Both the position numbers and the translations under genes were made by a program. The notes under the pieces are model-generated. The model did no database searches. It saw nothing but the letters and a program-made list of their open reading frames with translations, and was not told the origin of the DNA. DNA of 64,000 bases from Pirellulales bacterium. Its GTDB lineage: Bacteria; Planctomycetota; Planctomycetia; Pirellulales; JALHPA01. Location: NCBI GenBank assembly GCA_963829655.1, contig CAWHJG010000002.1:5536594-5600593 (forward strand), in the 5' to 3' direction. This document shows, in pieces, positions 35,391 through 47,453 of this stretch. Numbering within the stretch: the stretch's first letter is position 1; every line of letters begins with the position of its first letter.

Positions 35391-36282
35391 CGCGCCGCAC
35401 CGCGAAAAACGCCCTATAAACTCTTATGTGCCTAATCCCACCGTGTGCCGGACGCTGCTGATACTGGTCGTACTGCCGCTACTCGGTTGCTCGAATGAAC
35501 CGCACGTGCAAACCGCCGACGACATCTTCCGCGCTGAACTTGACAAACGCGGCCTTGAGCATTCCGTGACGCCTGAAGGACGCTACCGGGTCAAAATCGA
35601 CGACAACACGGTAATAATCAGTCTGGAAAACGTTCGCCGCAACTATGATCGTGACGGCGATGCTGATGCCATCGTTCGGTTCGTCGCTAAGCTTGACACG
35701 GATTTCTTCGCTGAAACGCCGTCTTGGGATGATGTGCGGCCCTTCGTTCGATACTCGCTGGAAGACGCAGACTACAACATAGGATTCGACGACGTTCTCT
35801 TTACTCCCATCACGGACGAACTGTATCAGGTATTCGTTTACACGCCTGCGGACGGCTCCCGAATTGCATGGATAAGCGAATCGATGCTTGATGATTGGGG
35901 CGTGACTCGCGAGCAAGTCGTTCGACAAGCCGAAGAAAACATGACCGCAATCGTGGCCAGCTCTAAACTAGATGTCGAGGACATTGATGGCAACAAGATT
36001 GGGATGATCTCCACTGAAGAAACACCGTTCAAGGCTTCCCTGATCTTGTCGCCCGCGTTCCGCGACCTTGTTTCGCCATCGCATGGCTGGCCGGTGTATG
36101 TCGTTGTTCCGTGTCGCGATTTCGCCTACGTTTTACGCATTGATAGTCGTGATTTCCTCGGTCGGCTTGGCAGAGTGGTGGTTAATGAGTATCGCAACTC
36201 AGGTCACCCGATAACGAAAGATGTGCTTCAAGTGTCGGATGATGGAATCACCGCAATTGGCACGTATCCTGATCCCGAATAA
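35371..36282 (+). CDS. lipoprotein, DUF1444 (YtpQ)-like, in lower-GC islet
   Basis: LLILVVLPLLGCSNE lipobox. Intact ORF. Visibly lower GC than its surroundings. The family call is weak and from memory. Confidence 0.5.
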   Translation: MLAIMPNAPHREKRPINSYVPNPTVCRTLLILVVLPLLGCSNEPHVQTADDIFRAELDKRGLEHSVTPEGRYRVKIDDNTVIISLENVRRNYDRDGDADAIVRFVAKLDTDFFAETPSWDDVRPFVRYSLEDADYNIGFDDVLFTPITDELYQVFVYTPADGSRIAWISESMLDDWGVTREQVVRQAEENMTAIVASSKLDVEDIDGNKIGMISTEETPFKASLILSPAFRDLVSPSHGWPVYVVVPCRDFAYVLRIDSRDFLGRLGRVVVNEYRNSGHPITKDVLQVSDDGITAIGTYPDPE

Positions 36283-36315
36283 AACTCAGCTACGACGTCT
36301 TTAAGCTGATAACCG

Positions 36316-37275
<960 letters not shown>

Positions 37276-37434
37276 GTGCCGGCACGCCGTGAACCGGAGT
37301 GGCCGTCGGCGGGGGCAGCTAAAGGGGACATTCTACTCATAAGCTACATATCCACTTCCGGCCGCTGGTCGCCGCCGCCGCTTCTCCTTCCCCACCAACG
37401 ACTTAGGACGCCGACAAATATCTTCATGGACCTA

Positions 37435-37463
37435 TTGACACTACATGGACGCCTGTGTATGAT
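37435..37463 (+). promoter_or_regulatory. near-consensus sigma70-type promoter
   Basis: TTGACA (37435..37440), 17-nt spacer, TATGAT (37458..37463). It lies in a non-coding stretch 160 nt after the preceding stop codon. Confidence 0.45.
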
Positions 37464-37466
37464 ATA

Positions 37467-37581
37467 GCCGGTACGTCCAAGGTATCGCTGGATCGCTGGG
37501 ATAATGCTCCCGGTACTTCCACGGGCCCACGCCGGTGCGCTGCTCCTTAAACCGAGCCGCCCACCGCCGTGGGCTTTTTTT
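37467..37581 (+). ncRNA. candidate ~115-nt small RNA or terminated leader
   Basis: Bounded by the promoter above and an intrinsic terminator. No ORF with a plausible start. Internal direct repeats CCGGTAC(G/T)TCC and CGCTGG x2. No known RNA family recognised. Confidence 0.3.
37559..37581 (+). terminator. Rho-independent terminator
   Basis: GCCCAC-cgcc-GTGGGC followed by TTTTTTT. A second long hairpin GTCGCCGG..CCGGCGAC follows at ~37585..37614. Confidence 0.6.
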
Positions 37582-37633
37582 ATTGTCGCCGGTCGCCGAA
37601 GGCGGGCCGGCGACTACAAAACACAGCCGTCAT

Positions 37634-37654
37634 TAAACCCTAAACCCTGAACCC
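37634..37654. repeat. heptamer tandem repeat TAAACCC TAAACCC TGAACCC (partner of 5722..5742)
   Basis: Read directly. Followed by TCACCTACGG, compared with TCCTACCG at the first locus. It ends 17 nt before the ATG at 37671. Confidence 0.9.
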
Positions 37655-37670
37655 TCACCTACGGTGCCCC

Positions 37671-38443
37671 ATGCCACCCCCCAAGTCCTACGGTTTTGAC
37701 GGCTACACCCCGCCCAAGCGCAACGATTCCCGCCCCCCGCCGCCAAAACCTGCGGCCGCAGAACCGCCGAACAAATCAGCCCAAGAATCGCCGCCAAAAC
37801 TCGGTCGGCCCACCAAGCTCAACGACAAAAAACGCGACGAGCTCTGCACCATGATCCGTGCCGGCTGCTCCGTCCGCGGCGCCGCCGCCAACCTCGGCAT
37901 ACGCGAACACACCGTTCGCTACGCTCGCCGGACCGATTCCAAGTTCAATCAACAAGTCGTCAAAGCTGAGCGCCAGCGAAATCTGCTCCTAGTCGAAAAC
38001 GTCGCCGCCGCGGGCAAGAAGTCCTGGCGCGCAGCGCCTGGCTGCTCGCTTCCCTCCAGCCCGACGTTTACAGCCACCGCAAGCGCGGCCAGGCGCTCGG
38101 CAAGAAGCGCCTTGCCGAGCTAATCGCCAACGTGGTCAAAAAAATCCTTCCCAAATGCCTCGACGAGCTCGACACCGAGGACTTTCCAAATTCCTCCCGA
38201 GCAGGTGACGCGCTCGTTGCTACTTCCCTCATTGATGCCCGTCTGGCCGAAATCGAAGAGCAGGTCGGCATGCCAATCGACCAGCTTCTCAAAGACGACC
38301 CAAAAGAACGTCGCCTCTTCGACCAATGGTTGAATAACGACGACAATGACCCGAACGCCGAAACCAAAAACGTCGAAATGTTCAAAAAGCTCCTCGCGAA
38401 AAAGCATGGCCCCCAACCTAAACCCAAGTCGGCGGCGAAGTAA
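37671..38443 (+). pseudogene. HTH (small-terminase-like) protein, paralog of 8956..9396; one frame break
   Basis: LGRPTKLNDKKRDELCTMIRAGCSVRGAAANLGIREHTVRYARR...KKSWRAA, then the expected AWLLASLQPDVYSHRKRG...VVKKILPKCLDELD continues in the frame of ORF 38132..38443. Switch at ~38030. Confidence 0.55.
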
Positions 38444-38778
38444 CGGAAACTGTCGCGCTCCGCGAAAAGCGACTTTTCGGCGCACAAGTCGGGGCCCCCC
38501 CCCAGCAGAAAAATCACCCTGCGCAAAAGTCGAATGTCGCAAGTCAGCGCGTGGCCGGTCGCCATCGGCTGGTCGCTGCAAGCGGGCCAGCCGCAAACAT
38601 CACTGGCGGGCCGGCCACAAAAAAACAGCCGGGCCCACAACCAGAAAATACAGCCAGCAAACGCAGCCCTTTCACTTTGTGCAAGTTTCCGCCGGCGCAT
38701 GCCAGATTTCACCGGTCCCCTATAATGGCCAACTTGCAGCAGTCTGCAGCCAATTCATCCATTGCGGGCATACGATCC

Positions 38779-39267
38779 ATGACCACCGAAGCGCCGCTCC
38801 TCCCGAAGTTGCCGAATACCCTGCCATCCTTCGCCTGCCGGTGCAGTGGGGCGACCAGGACGCCTACCAGCACGTGAACAACGTGGTTTACTTTCGCTGG
38901 TTCGAAAGCGCGCGGATCGTGTACCTGGAGAAGATCGGCTTGAAGGAGATGTATCACGCCCAAGGGCATCGGGCCGATCCTGGCGGCGATCGCCTGCAAC
39001 TACCGGCGGCAACTGAACTACCCGGACACGGTGGACGTCGGTGCGAAGATCACGCGGATCGGCCGCACGAGCATGGAGATGGTGCACGTGCTGTATAGCC
39101 ACGAGCAACAGGCTGTGGTGGCCGACGGGACATCAACGATCGTGGTGTTTGACTACAACCAGCAGCGGCCGACGCCGGTGCCCGAGGCGATTCGCGCGAA
39201 GATCGAGGAGATTGAGGGGAAGAAGTTTTCAGCGCCATCTCAGCCGCCGGATTCAAAACCGGGATAG
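38779..39267 (+). pseudogene. acyl-CoA thioesterase (4HBT/YbgC-like hotdog fold); two frame breaks
   Basis: MTTEAPLLP | EVAEYPAILRLPVQWGDQDAYQHVNNVVYFRWFESARIVYLEKIGL...YHAQG | ..YPDTVDVGAKITRIGRTSMEMVHVLYS. The first switch is in a C-run near 38806. The second is near 38960. Confidence 0.75.
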
Positions 39268-40170
39268 AGCGTCATACCGCCGTCGATGATCAAGCTCACG
39301 CCGTGCACGTAGTCCGACTCGTCGGAAGCGAGCCAGACCGCGGCATGGCCAACGTCTTCCACCTCGCCAATCCGCTTGACCGGAATCAACTCGAGCAAAT
39401 CCTTGTACGCCTTTTCGGTGTCCCAGGCTTCCTTGTTGATCGGCGTGCGGATTGCCCCGGGCGTGATGCTGTTTACGCGGATCTTCAGGTGGGCGACTTC
39501 CTGGGCCAGGCTCTTCATGAGCAGCATGACGCCCCCCTTGCTGGCCGCGTAGTTGACGTGACCGGCCCAGGGGATGATCTCATGCACGCTGCTGACGCAG
39601 ATGATCTTGCCGGCGGCGCGGGAGACCTTTTCGTTGACGCCGCGGCGTTTGAACTCGCGGACCGCCTCGCGGGCACAAAGAAACTGCCCAGTAAGGTTGG
39701 TCGCGATCACGCCGTTCCACTGCTCAAGCGTCATCTCGTCGAACGGCGCGTCCATCTGGTGGCCGGAGTTGTTGATCAGGATGTCGATCGTGCCGAACTG
39801 TTCCCGCGCGGCGGAACATGGCCTCCACCTGATCTTCTTTCGCAACATCGCACTGATGGGCGATAGCCTTCACGCCATGCGGCTCGATCCTCGCAACCGT
39901 TTCCTCGGCCCCTTCGCGATTGCTCCGGTAATTGCACAGTACGTCGGCGCCTGCCATGCCCAGCGCCTCGGCGATGCCTTGACCGATGCCAGAGGAAGCG
40001 CCGGTAACGAGGGCCTTTTGTCCGGCAAGGGGCTTGGCAATGGCGTACGTGGGCTGGCGCTTGTTGATTGCGCGGCAGCGGACTTCGGCATGAATCGCTC
40101 CGTAATGAATTACCTGAATTGTGGCGGCATTATAACTAGATGTCACAGAGGTCGATAGCGAAGGGCGCAC
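39240..40170 (-). pseudogene. short-chain dehydrogenase/reductase (glucose-1-dehydrogenase/FabG-like); one frame break, start uncertain
   Basis: GQKALVTGASSGIGQGIA (TGxxxGxG) lies in ORF 39724..40170. NNSG, SSVHE...YAASKGG (YxxxK) and PGAIRTP lie in ORF 39240..39848. Switch at ~39810. Confidence 0.8.
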
Positions 40171-40211
40171 GGCTCGTGTAGGCTAAGGCCACATACCGAG
40201 GAGATTGGAAT

Positions 40212-41783
40212 ATGTCACGATTCGCGGCATTCCGGCGCTGGTTCATTTCGCTTTGCTGCTGCTGGGTGGCTCTGTCGTTTGTCGTCGCGCACGCCGACGA
40301 TGCCGGCTCCCCGCTAAAACTCACGCTTCGCAGCCGAACGACCGAGGATGGCGGCGAACGGTTTCGCGTGCGCTTCACGCCCGCGGAATGGAAGCCGAGC
40401 GAGACTGCGGTGATCGTCGTGGACATGTGGGACAACCACTGGTGCCCGACGTCGGCGGCGCGCGTGGTCGAAATCGCGCCGAGGATCGACGCGTTTGTGG
40501 CCGCTTGTCGCGAGCGCGGCTTGCACATCATCCATGCGCCGAGCGACTGCATGGATTTCTACGCCGATCACCCTGCGCGGCGGCGAGCGATGCTGACGCC
40601 GAAGGCTGGCAAACTTCCTGACGGGATCGACGTGTGGTGCAAGAGCATTCCGGCCGAGGAGCGGGGCAAATACCCAATCGATCAGAGCGACGGCGGCTGC
40701 GACGCGGAGAATCCTCCCAAAAGCGCCAACGTGTGGAAGCGGCAGATCGATGCGATCCGCATCGACGACGGCCGCGACTATATTTCGGCCAGCGGCAGCG
40801 AGGTGTGGAGCATTCTCGAGGAACAGGGCGTCAAGAACGTGCTGTCTGATGGGAGTGCACACCAACATGTGCGTGCTCGGCCGGCCGTTTGGGTTGCGAA
40901 ACCTGAGCCGGTTCGGGAAGAACGCCGTGCTGGTTCGCGATTTGACCGACACGATGTACAACCCGAAGGCGTCGCCGCACGTGAACCATTTCCGCGGCAC
41001 GCAGTTGATCGTGGAGCACATCGAAAAATATGTCACGCCAACGATCACTTCGGATCAGGTGCTCGGTGGCGTGCCGTTCCGGTTTGAGGGAGACGTGCGG
41101 CCGCTGGTCGTCGTGGCGATCAGCGAACCGGAGTACAAAACGAACGAGACGCTGCCGGTGTTTGCGGCGGAGGAACTTGAGACACGGCTCGGTTACGACT
41201 GTTTCGTGCTCCAGGGCGACCCGCAAAAGCACGTGCTGCCCGGTCTGGCCGAGGGATTGAAGAACGCCGATCTGTTGCTGGTGAGTATTCGTCGGCAGGC
41301 GCTGCCGGAGCGCGACGTCGAGGCAGTGCGAAAGCACTTGGCAGCCGGAAAGGCGGTGGTCGGCATTCGAACAGCCAGCCATGCGTTTGACGCTCGAAAG
41401 GAAGGGCTCGGCCGGGAGCGCACAATGGCCGGAGTTCGATGCGGACGTATTGGGCGGACATTACACCGGTCATCACGGAAAAGGGGCCACGCCGCGACGT
41501 CACCAGCCGCCGAGGGCGCCGAAGGCCATCCGATCCTTGAAGGGAGTGAGCACCCCGTTTGTCAGCCAAGGATCGCTCTACAAGACCAGCCCGCTGGCGC
41601 AAAGCGCAACGCCGCTGTTGATCGGCACAGCGTCAGGGCTGTCCAGCGAGCCGGTAGCCTGGACAAACCAGCGCGGCACAGTCGCGCGTGTTCTACACGT
41701 CGCTTGGACACGAGGAGGATTTCAAGGACGCGAGCTTTGTGCGGATGCTGGCGAACGCGGTCGAGTGGGGGTTAGGGAAGTAA
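40212..41783 (+). pseudogene. isochorismatase-like cysteine hydrolase domain fused to ThuA-like domain; several frame breaks
   Basis: Signal-like N-terminus. VIVVDMWDNHWC and VLLMGVHTNMCV are isochorismatase-like. Then LVVVAISEPEYKTNETLP...GKAVVGIRTASHAF...WPEFDADVLGGHYTGHHG...HPILKGV...PVAWTNQRG..RVFYTSLGHEEDFKDASFVRMLANAVEWGLGK is ThuA-like. Switches at ~40850, ~41410, ~41500, ~41540 and ~41680. Confidence 0.6.
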
Positions 41784-41882
41784 GACGTCCCGCCAGCTTC
41801 GTTTCGCCGAGGCGGACTCGGCCCACCTCTACCGGCTATACTGGACGTATTCACGTTTCTCGCCGCCCTCGCGCAGCAATCG

Positions 41883-42781
41883 ATGCCACTCGTCGGTCTG
41901 TTCATCCCCTGCTACATCGACCAGTTCTACCCACAGGTGGGTTTGGCAACCGTGGAGTTGCTCGCGCGTCTGGGCGTGCCGGTGGATTTTCCGCAAGAGC
42001 AAACCTGTTGCGGGCAGCCGATGGCGAACACCGGCTGCACCGAACGACGCGGCGCCGCTGGCGCAGCGATTTGTCGAAATCTTCCGCGGCTACGAACACG
42101 TCGTCGCGCCGTCGGGAAGCTGCGTGGCGATGGTGCGGCATCATTACGAAGAGTATTTTCCGCACGGCCATCCGCTGGAAGCGGAGTTACTCGCGCGTGC
42201 GAGGGGCGACCTACGAGCTGACCGAATATCTGGTCGATGTGCTGGGAATCACCCGCTTGGAGGGCCGGTTTCCCCATCGCGTCGGCCTGCATCAAAGCTG
42301 TCACGGGCTGCGCGAGCTGCGGCTGGCGAGCTCGAGCGAACTGGTCGGGCGGCCGTTCAATAAGGCCCGCTCGCTGCTTGAGGGACTGACGGGAATATCG
42401 TTTTCCGATCTATCGCGCCCGGACGAATGCTGCGGCTTTGGCGGAACGTTTGCCGTAGCCGAGGAGGCCGTGAGCACGATGATGGGACGCGATCGGATTC
42501 ACGACCATGAGCAGGCGGGCACGGAGATACTCACGGCGGGCGATATGTCGTGCCTGATGCACCTGGAGGGTTTGCTGCGGCGCGAGAAGAAGCCGATGCG
42601 CGTAATGCACATCGCGGAGATTCTGGCGGAGGCGACGCGGTTTGATCCGCGGCTCTCCGCAGACGGGGATAAGGGGATGAAAAGGGATGTGGGAATGGGG
42701 GCAGCAGAAGAGAAGGAGAGCGGAGGAGAAGAGGAAATCGCACGTCCGGCCGGTTCAGCGGTCGGAAATCGGTCGCGCTAA
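41883..42781 (+). pseudogene. lutA: lactate utilisation protein A-type (Fe-S)-binding CCG-domain oxidoreductase; frame-broken
   Basis: MPLVGLFIPCYIDQFYPQVGLATVELL...CCGQPMANTGC; APSGSCVAMVRHHY; HQSCHGLRELR...DECCGFGGTFA...AGDMSCLMHLEG. Switches at ~42040 and ~42190. Confidence 0.8.
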
Positions 42782-42804
42782 CGGTAATTGCGGATTTGAA
42801 CCGA

Positions 42805-44194
42805 ATGACCACAACTTCAGATCATCCGGCGAAGGCCGCGGCGTTTGTCGCCAATGAAGCGTCGTGCACATTGGCACGACCAGGCGTTGTGGTTCGTGCG
42901 CGTGAAGCGGGACCGGATGGCGCAATCGCTGCCGGAGTGGGAGCTACTGCGGGAGACGGCGGCGCAGATCAAGGCCAACGTGGTCGCACATCTGGCCGAA
43001 TACTTGGAAGAGTTCGAAGCGAACGCCACGCGGCTCGGCGCTCAAGTTCACTGGGCACGCAACGCCGCCGAGCACAATGAGATTGTGCTCCGCATTCTGA
43101 AACAGCACGGCGTTCGCCGCGTCGTGAAGAGCAAGTCGATGTTAACCGAGGAATGCCACCTCAATCCATTTCTCGAGCGGCACGGGATCGAAGTCATCGA
43201 TACCGACCTGGGTGAGCGGATCGTGCAGCTTGCCGGCGAGCCTCCGAGCCACATCGTGCTGCCGTGCATCCACGTGAAGAAAGAGGAAATCGGCGAGCTG
43301 TTCCACCAAGCATCTAGGCACGGAGGCGGGATCGTCCGACCCCAACTACCTGACCGAGGCGGCGCGGCAGGACTTGCGGCGGCGTTTTCTGGCGGCTGAA
43401 GCGGGAATCACGGGCGTGAACTTTGCCATCGCCGAGACGGGCGGGCTGGTCGTTTGCACGAACGAGGGGAACGCGGACCTGGGCGTGTCGCTGCCGAAGC
43501 TGCACATCGCTTGCATGGGGATCGAAAAGCTCGTCCCGCGAGCGCAGGACATGGGCGTTTTTCTGCGGCTGTTGGCTCGCAGCGCCACCGGCCAGCCGAT
43601 TACGACATACTCGTCACATTTCCACGGGCCGCTGCCGGGCGGCGAATTGCATATCGTGTTGGTCGATAACGGCCGGAGCGACATCGTCGGGCAGTGACGA
43701 CTTTCGCCGCTCGCTCAACTGTATTCGCTGCGGCGCGTGTATGAATACGTGCCCGGTGTATCGGCGGAGCGGCGGTCACAGTTATGGGACGACGGTGCCG
43801 GGCCCGATCGGATCGATTCTGGCGCCGGCCCGAGATGCCAAGCGGTACGCGAGCCTGCCGCACGCATGCAGCCTGTGCGGCTCGTGCACCGACGTGTGCC
43901 CGGTGAAGATCGACTTGCACCATCAACTGCTCACGTGGCGGCGAGAGATTGCGGTCCGCGGGCATCTGCCGTGGTCGAAAGCGGATGGCGATGAAGCTGG
44001 CGCGGATGGTCTTGAGCCGCCCGTGGCTGTATCGACTTTCTGGAAAGTTGAGCCGATGGATGCTCAGGTGGCTGCCGCGGTTTGTGATTTACAACCGGTT
44101 GAATTCCTGGGGAAAGCAGCGCGAGCTGCCGGCAGCGCCGAAGCGAAGCTTTCGGGAGATGTGGGCGGGAGATAAGGGAATGAAGGGGAGATAA
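42805..44194 (+). pseudogene. lutB: lactate utilisation protein B-type iron-sulfur protein (LUD domain plus 2x4Fe-4S); frame-broken
   Basis: GVNFAIAETGGLVVCTNEGNADLG, HIVLVDNGRS, CIRCGACMNTCPVY and CSLCGSCTDVCPV lie in different frames. Switches at ~42860, ~43320, ~43695 and ~43985. Confidence 0.8.
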
Positions 44195-44198
44195 GGGG

Positions 44199-44878
44199 AT
44201 GAAGACAGCAGACGCACGGCAGGAGATTCTGAGCAGGATTCGCGAACAGCCCGTTCCGCGGCAGAGCTGCCGGAAATAAGCGGGAGGCCGTGGATTACGT
44301 ATGACGATCCCGCGACGCAATTCGCGTCAGTGTTGAAAGCGGTCGGCGGTAATTGTATTGCGGTGGCCGATATTGCAGGAGTTGCGGCGGAAGCTAGCTG
44401 CGATACCGGCCTACGCTGACGCCAATCAGGTAGTTTCGCTCGTCGATGGCGTCGGCAGCCGCAACGTCGATTTAAGCGTTGTCGATGATCCGCATCATCT
44501 TGCGGACGTGGATTTTGCGATACTGCATGGGCGATTCGCCGTTGCCGAAAACGGCGCGGTGTGGGTGAACGACGAAGGCGTCCGGCACCGAGTGATTTAC
44601 TTTCTCGCTCAGCACCTGGCGCTTGTCGTCCCTGCGAATCAGGTTGTCAACAACATGCACGAGGCATATGAGCGGCTTCGGTTCGATGGCCCTGGCTTTG
44701 GCACGTTTATCTCCGGCCCGTCGAAAACAGCCGACATCGAGCAATCGTTGGTAATCGGGCGCACGGGCCGCGATCGTTGACGGTGTTTCTTATCGGTCCA
44801 GACAAAATCGATGCGTTGCCCGCCGAAGCTGTCGCGGCGGCCTACGGTCGGCACCGCGAACGGTCGTCGTTGGACTGA
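44199..44878 (+). pseudogene. lutC: lactate utilisation protein C-type (LUD domain); frame-broken
   Basis: MKTADARQEILSRIREQPVP...; FAVAENGAVWVNDEGVRHRVIYFLAQHLALVVPANQVV...TFISGPSKTADIEQSLVIG, then ...PRSLTVFLIG in another frame. It starts 5 nt after the lutB stop. Confidence 0.7.
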
Positions 44879-44883
44879 TCAAC

Positions 44884-47426
44884 ATGGAGGTTACTCGACG
44901 CACCGAATCGCACCCCCGCTGCCGATTGACGATGTACTGCCGGCGTTGAGCGACGCACTCGCGGGGTGGTAGCGTTGTACTGCGCCCAGCCCGGAGCCGG
45001 CAAGACGACGCGCGTGCCGCCGGCGATCATCGATGCCGGCTTGGCTGGCAACAAGCAGGTGGTTGTGCTTCAGCCCCGGCGACTGGCGGCTCGCAGCGCG
45101 GCATGGCACGTGGCTTGCAAGAACGCGGCGGTTCGGTTGGCGACGAGGTTGGTTATCAGGTTCGCTTCGAAAAGCGTGCACGGCCCGCAAACGCGAATTC
45201 TGTACGTGACCGATGGAATCTTCATTCGCCTGTTGCAGGAAGATCCGTTCCTGGAACGCTTCGCGGCTGATCGTCTTCGACGAATTCCACGAGCGGAGTC
45301 TGAACAGTGATCTTGCGCTGGCCATGGTGCGACGAGTGCAGCGCGAAGTGCGGCCGGATCTGAAGCTGGTCGTCATGTCAGCCACGCTCGTGACCGAGCC
45401 GGTCGCCAAGTTCTTAGGCGATTGCCCGGTGGTGGTCAGCGAGGGAAGGCTGCACCCGATCACAATCGAGTACTTGAAGTACAGCACCACTGGTCCACTG
45501 GCGGCCAAAATCGTTCCCGCGGTTGAGAAGGCGTTAGCGGCAACGGGCGGTCACGTGTTGGTGTTTTTGCCGGGCGTTGGCGAGATTCGACAGGTGGGAC
45601 GCGAATTGTCGCCGATAGCCGAACGCGCAGGCATCGAAATTTGTGAGCTTTATGGCGACATGCCTCTTGCCCGTCAGCAAGAGGTCCTTCAGCCAGGCGG
45701 CGTAAGGAAGGTGATGCTGGCCACGAACGTCGCGGAGACATCGCTGACCATCGATGGCGTGACCGCTGTGGTTGACAGCGGGCTGGCGCGAGTGGCGCGC
45801 ATTGACCCAACGACCGGAATCAATCGATTGGAGATCGAGCGAATCTCGCGCGCGTCGGCCGATCAACGCGCAGGGCGGGCCGGCCGAACGGCGCCGGGCG
45901 TTTGTTACCGGCTCTGGACAGAACGCGATCAGCAGGCGCTGGCCGAGTTTGATCAGCCCGAGATCGCACGTGTCGATATATCGGGAGCGGTGTTGGAACT
46001 GCTCTCCTGGGGCGAAACCGACGTCGCAACATTTTCGTGGTTCGAGCCGCCCTCCGGTGCCTCGATCGAACAGGCGCTTGCACTCTTGCGCCGATTGGGG
46101 GCAATCGACACAGGAGTTATCACGGCAGTCGGTCACGCAATGGCGCGACTGCCGGTGCACCCACGGATCGCAAAGCTGCTCATCGAAGGGGAGCGAATGG
46201 GCGTGGCCGAGCGCGCGGCCTGGGTGGCGGCGATGCTTTCCGAGCGCGACCGCTTCGTTCGATCGGGACCGCGCGACATCGCGAAGAGCGAGCCATCGAT
46301 CCGACTCGGATGTCCTGGATCGACTGATGTCGGTGGAGAGTGGTTCGCGCAGGAGCTGGTCACGTTTCGCGCTGGCTTCGACGGGAATGCGCTGCGAGCC
46401 CTGGCGCACGCAAGGAGCAACTCCAAAGGTTGATCGAACACGATGATCGGAAAACCGCAAAGGCAGATAACGATGAAGCCGTGTTGCGCGATTCTGGCGG
46501 CATATCCCGATCGCGTGGCGCGCCGCCGTGAGGCCGGGAGCAATCGTGCATTGATGGTCGGCGGGCGCGGCGTTCGGTTGGCAGACGAAAGTGCGGTTAC
46601 GGAGTCCGAATTGTTCGTTTGCGTCGAACTGCAAGAGACGGGGAAGAGCGAAGCACTCGTCCGGCAAGCATCATCGATCGAGCGATCGTGGTTGCCGACC
46701 GAGCTGATGCAGCGAGTGGTCGACGTGGAGCTTGACCGCGAGCGCGGCCGGTTGGTGGCATATCAGCGCATGCGATTCGAGGACCTGGTGATCGACGAGG
46801 CGATCACGGCCGTGTCCGCCGACTTTGATGCCACGGATCTGCTCGCCCGCGCGGCAGCCGAACGCTGGCCGAACGGCGAGTGGCTTGATGATGCGTCTCG
46901 GGCCTATCTTGCGCGCGTGGAGTTTTTGCGAGCGGCAATGCCGGAATTGGCGTTGCCGGCGTTCGATTCGGCGATGCTGGCTGAACTTTTGACCGCGGCT
47001 GCGGCCGGGCGCACGACCCTAGACAAAGTACGTCAAGCAGACTTCCAGCCCCTGATCAAAGCACGACTCACGACACAACAAATGTGCGCCATCGAACGGG
47101 AAGCCCCCGAACAACTGGAGGTGCCCAGCGGTAGTCGCATCGCGGTTGCCTACGAACGTGGGCAGCCGCCGGTACTCGCCGTCCGCATTCAGGAGTTGTT
47201 TGGAATGATGGAAACGCCGCGGATCGCGGGCGGCCGCGTGCCGGTGACGCTGCACCTGCTCGGGCCGAACTACCGGCCCCAGCAGATTACTCGCGACCTG
47301 CGCAGTTTCTGGCAGAATACGTATCCGGAAGTGCGAAAGGAGCTTCGGCGGCGATACCCAAAGCACGCCTGGCCCGAAGATCCCACGACTGCGAAAGCTG
47401 AGCGACGCCCGCGCCGGCATCGATAG
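44884..47426 (+). pseudogene. hrpB: ATP-dependent RNA helicase HrpB (DEAH/RHA family); about 7-8 frame breaks
   Basis: AQPGAGKTTRVP (motif I), VGYQVRFE, FDEFHERSL (DEFH), VMSATL, FLPGVGEI, LATNVAETSLTIDGV, QRAGRAGR and the HrpB C-terminal domain (ORF 46443..47426) are spread across frames. Confidence 0.85.
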
Positions 47427-47453
47427 CTGAGGGGCTCCTGAAGAGACAGCTCC

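Noticed and set aside
45534-46667. 377-aa minus-strand ORF.
   Set aside because: It is antisense to the hrpB helicase core, whose conserved motifs are all on the plus strand. Its composition is Arg/Cys/Gln-biased.
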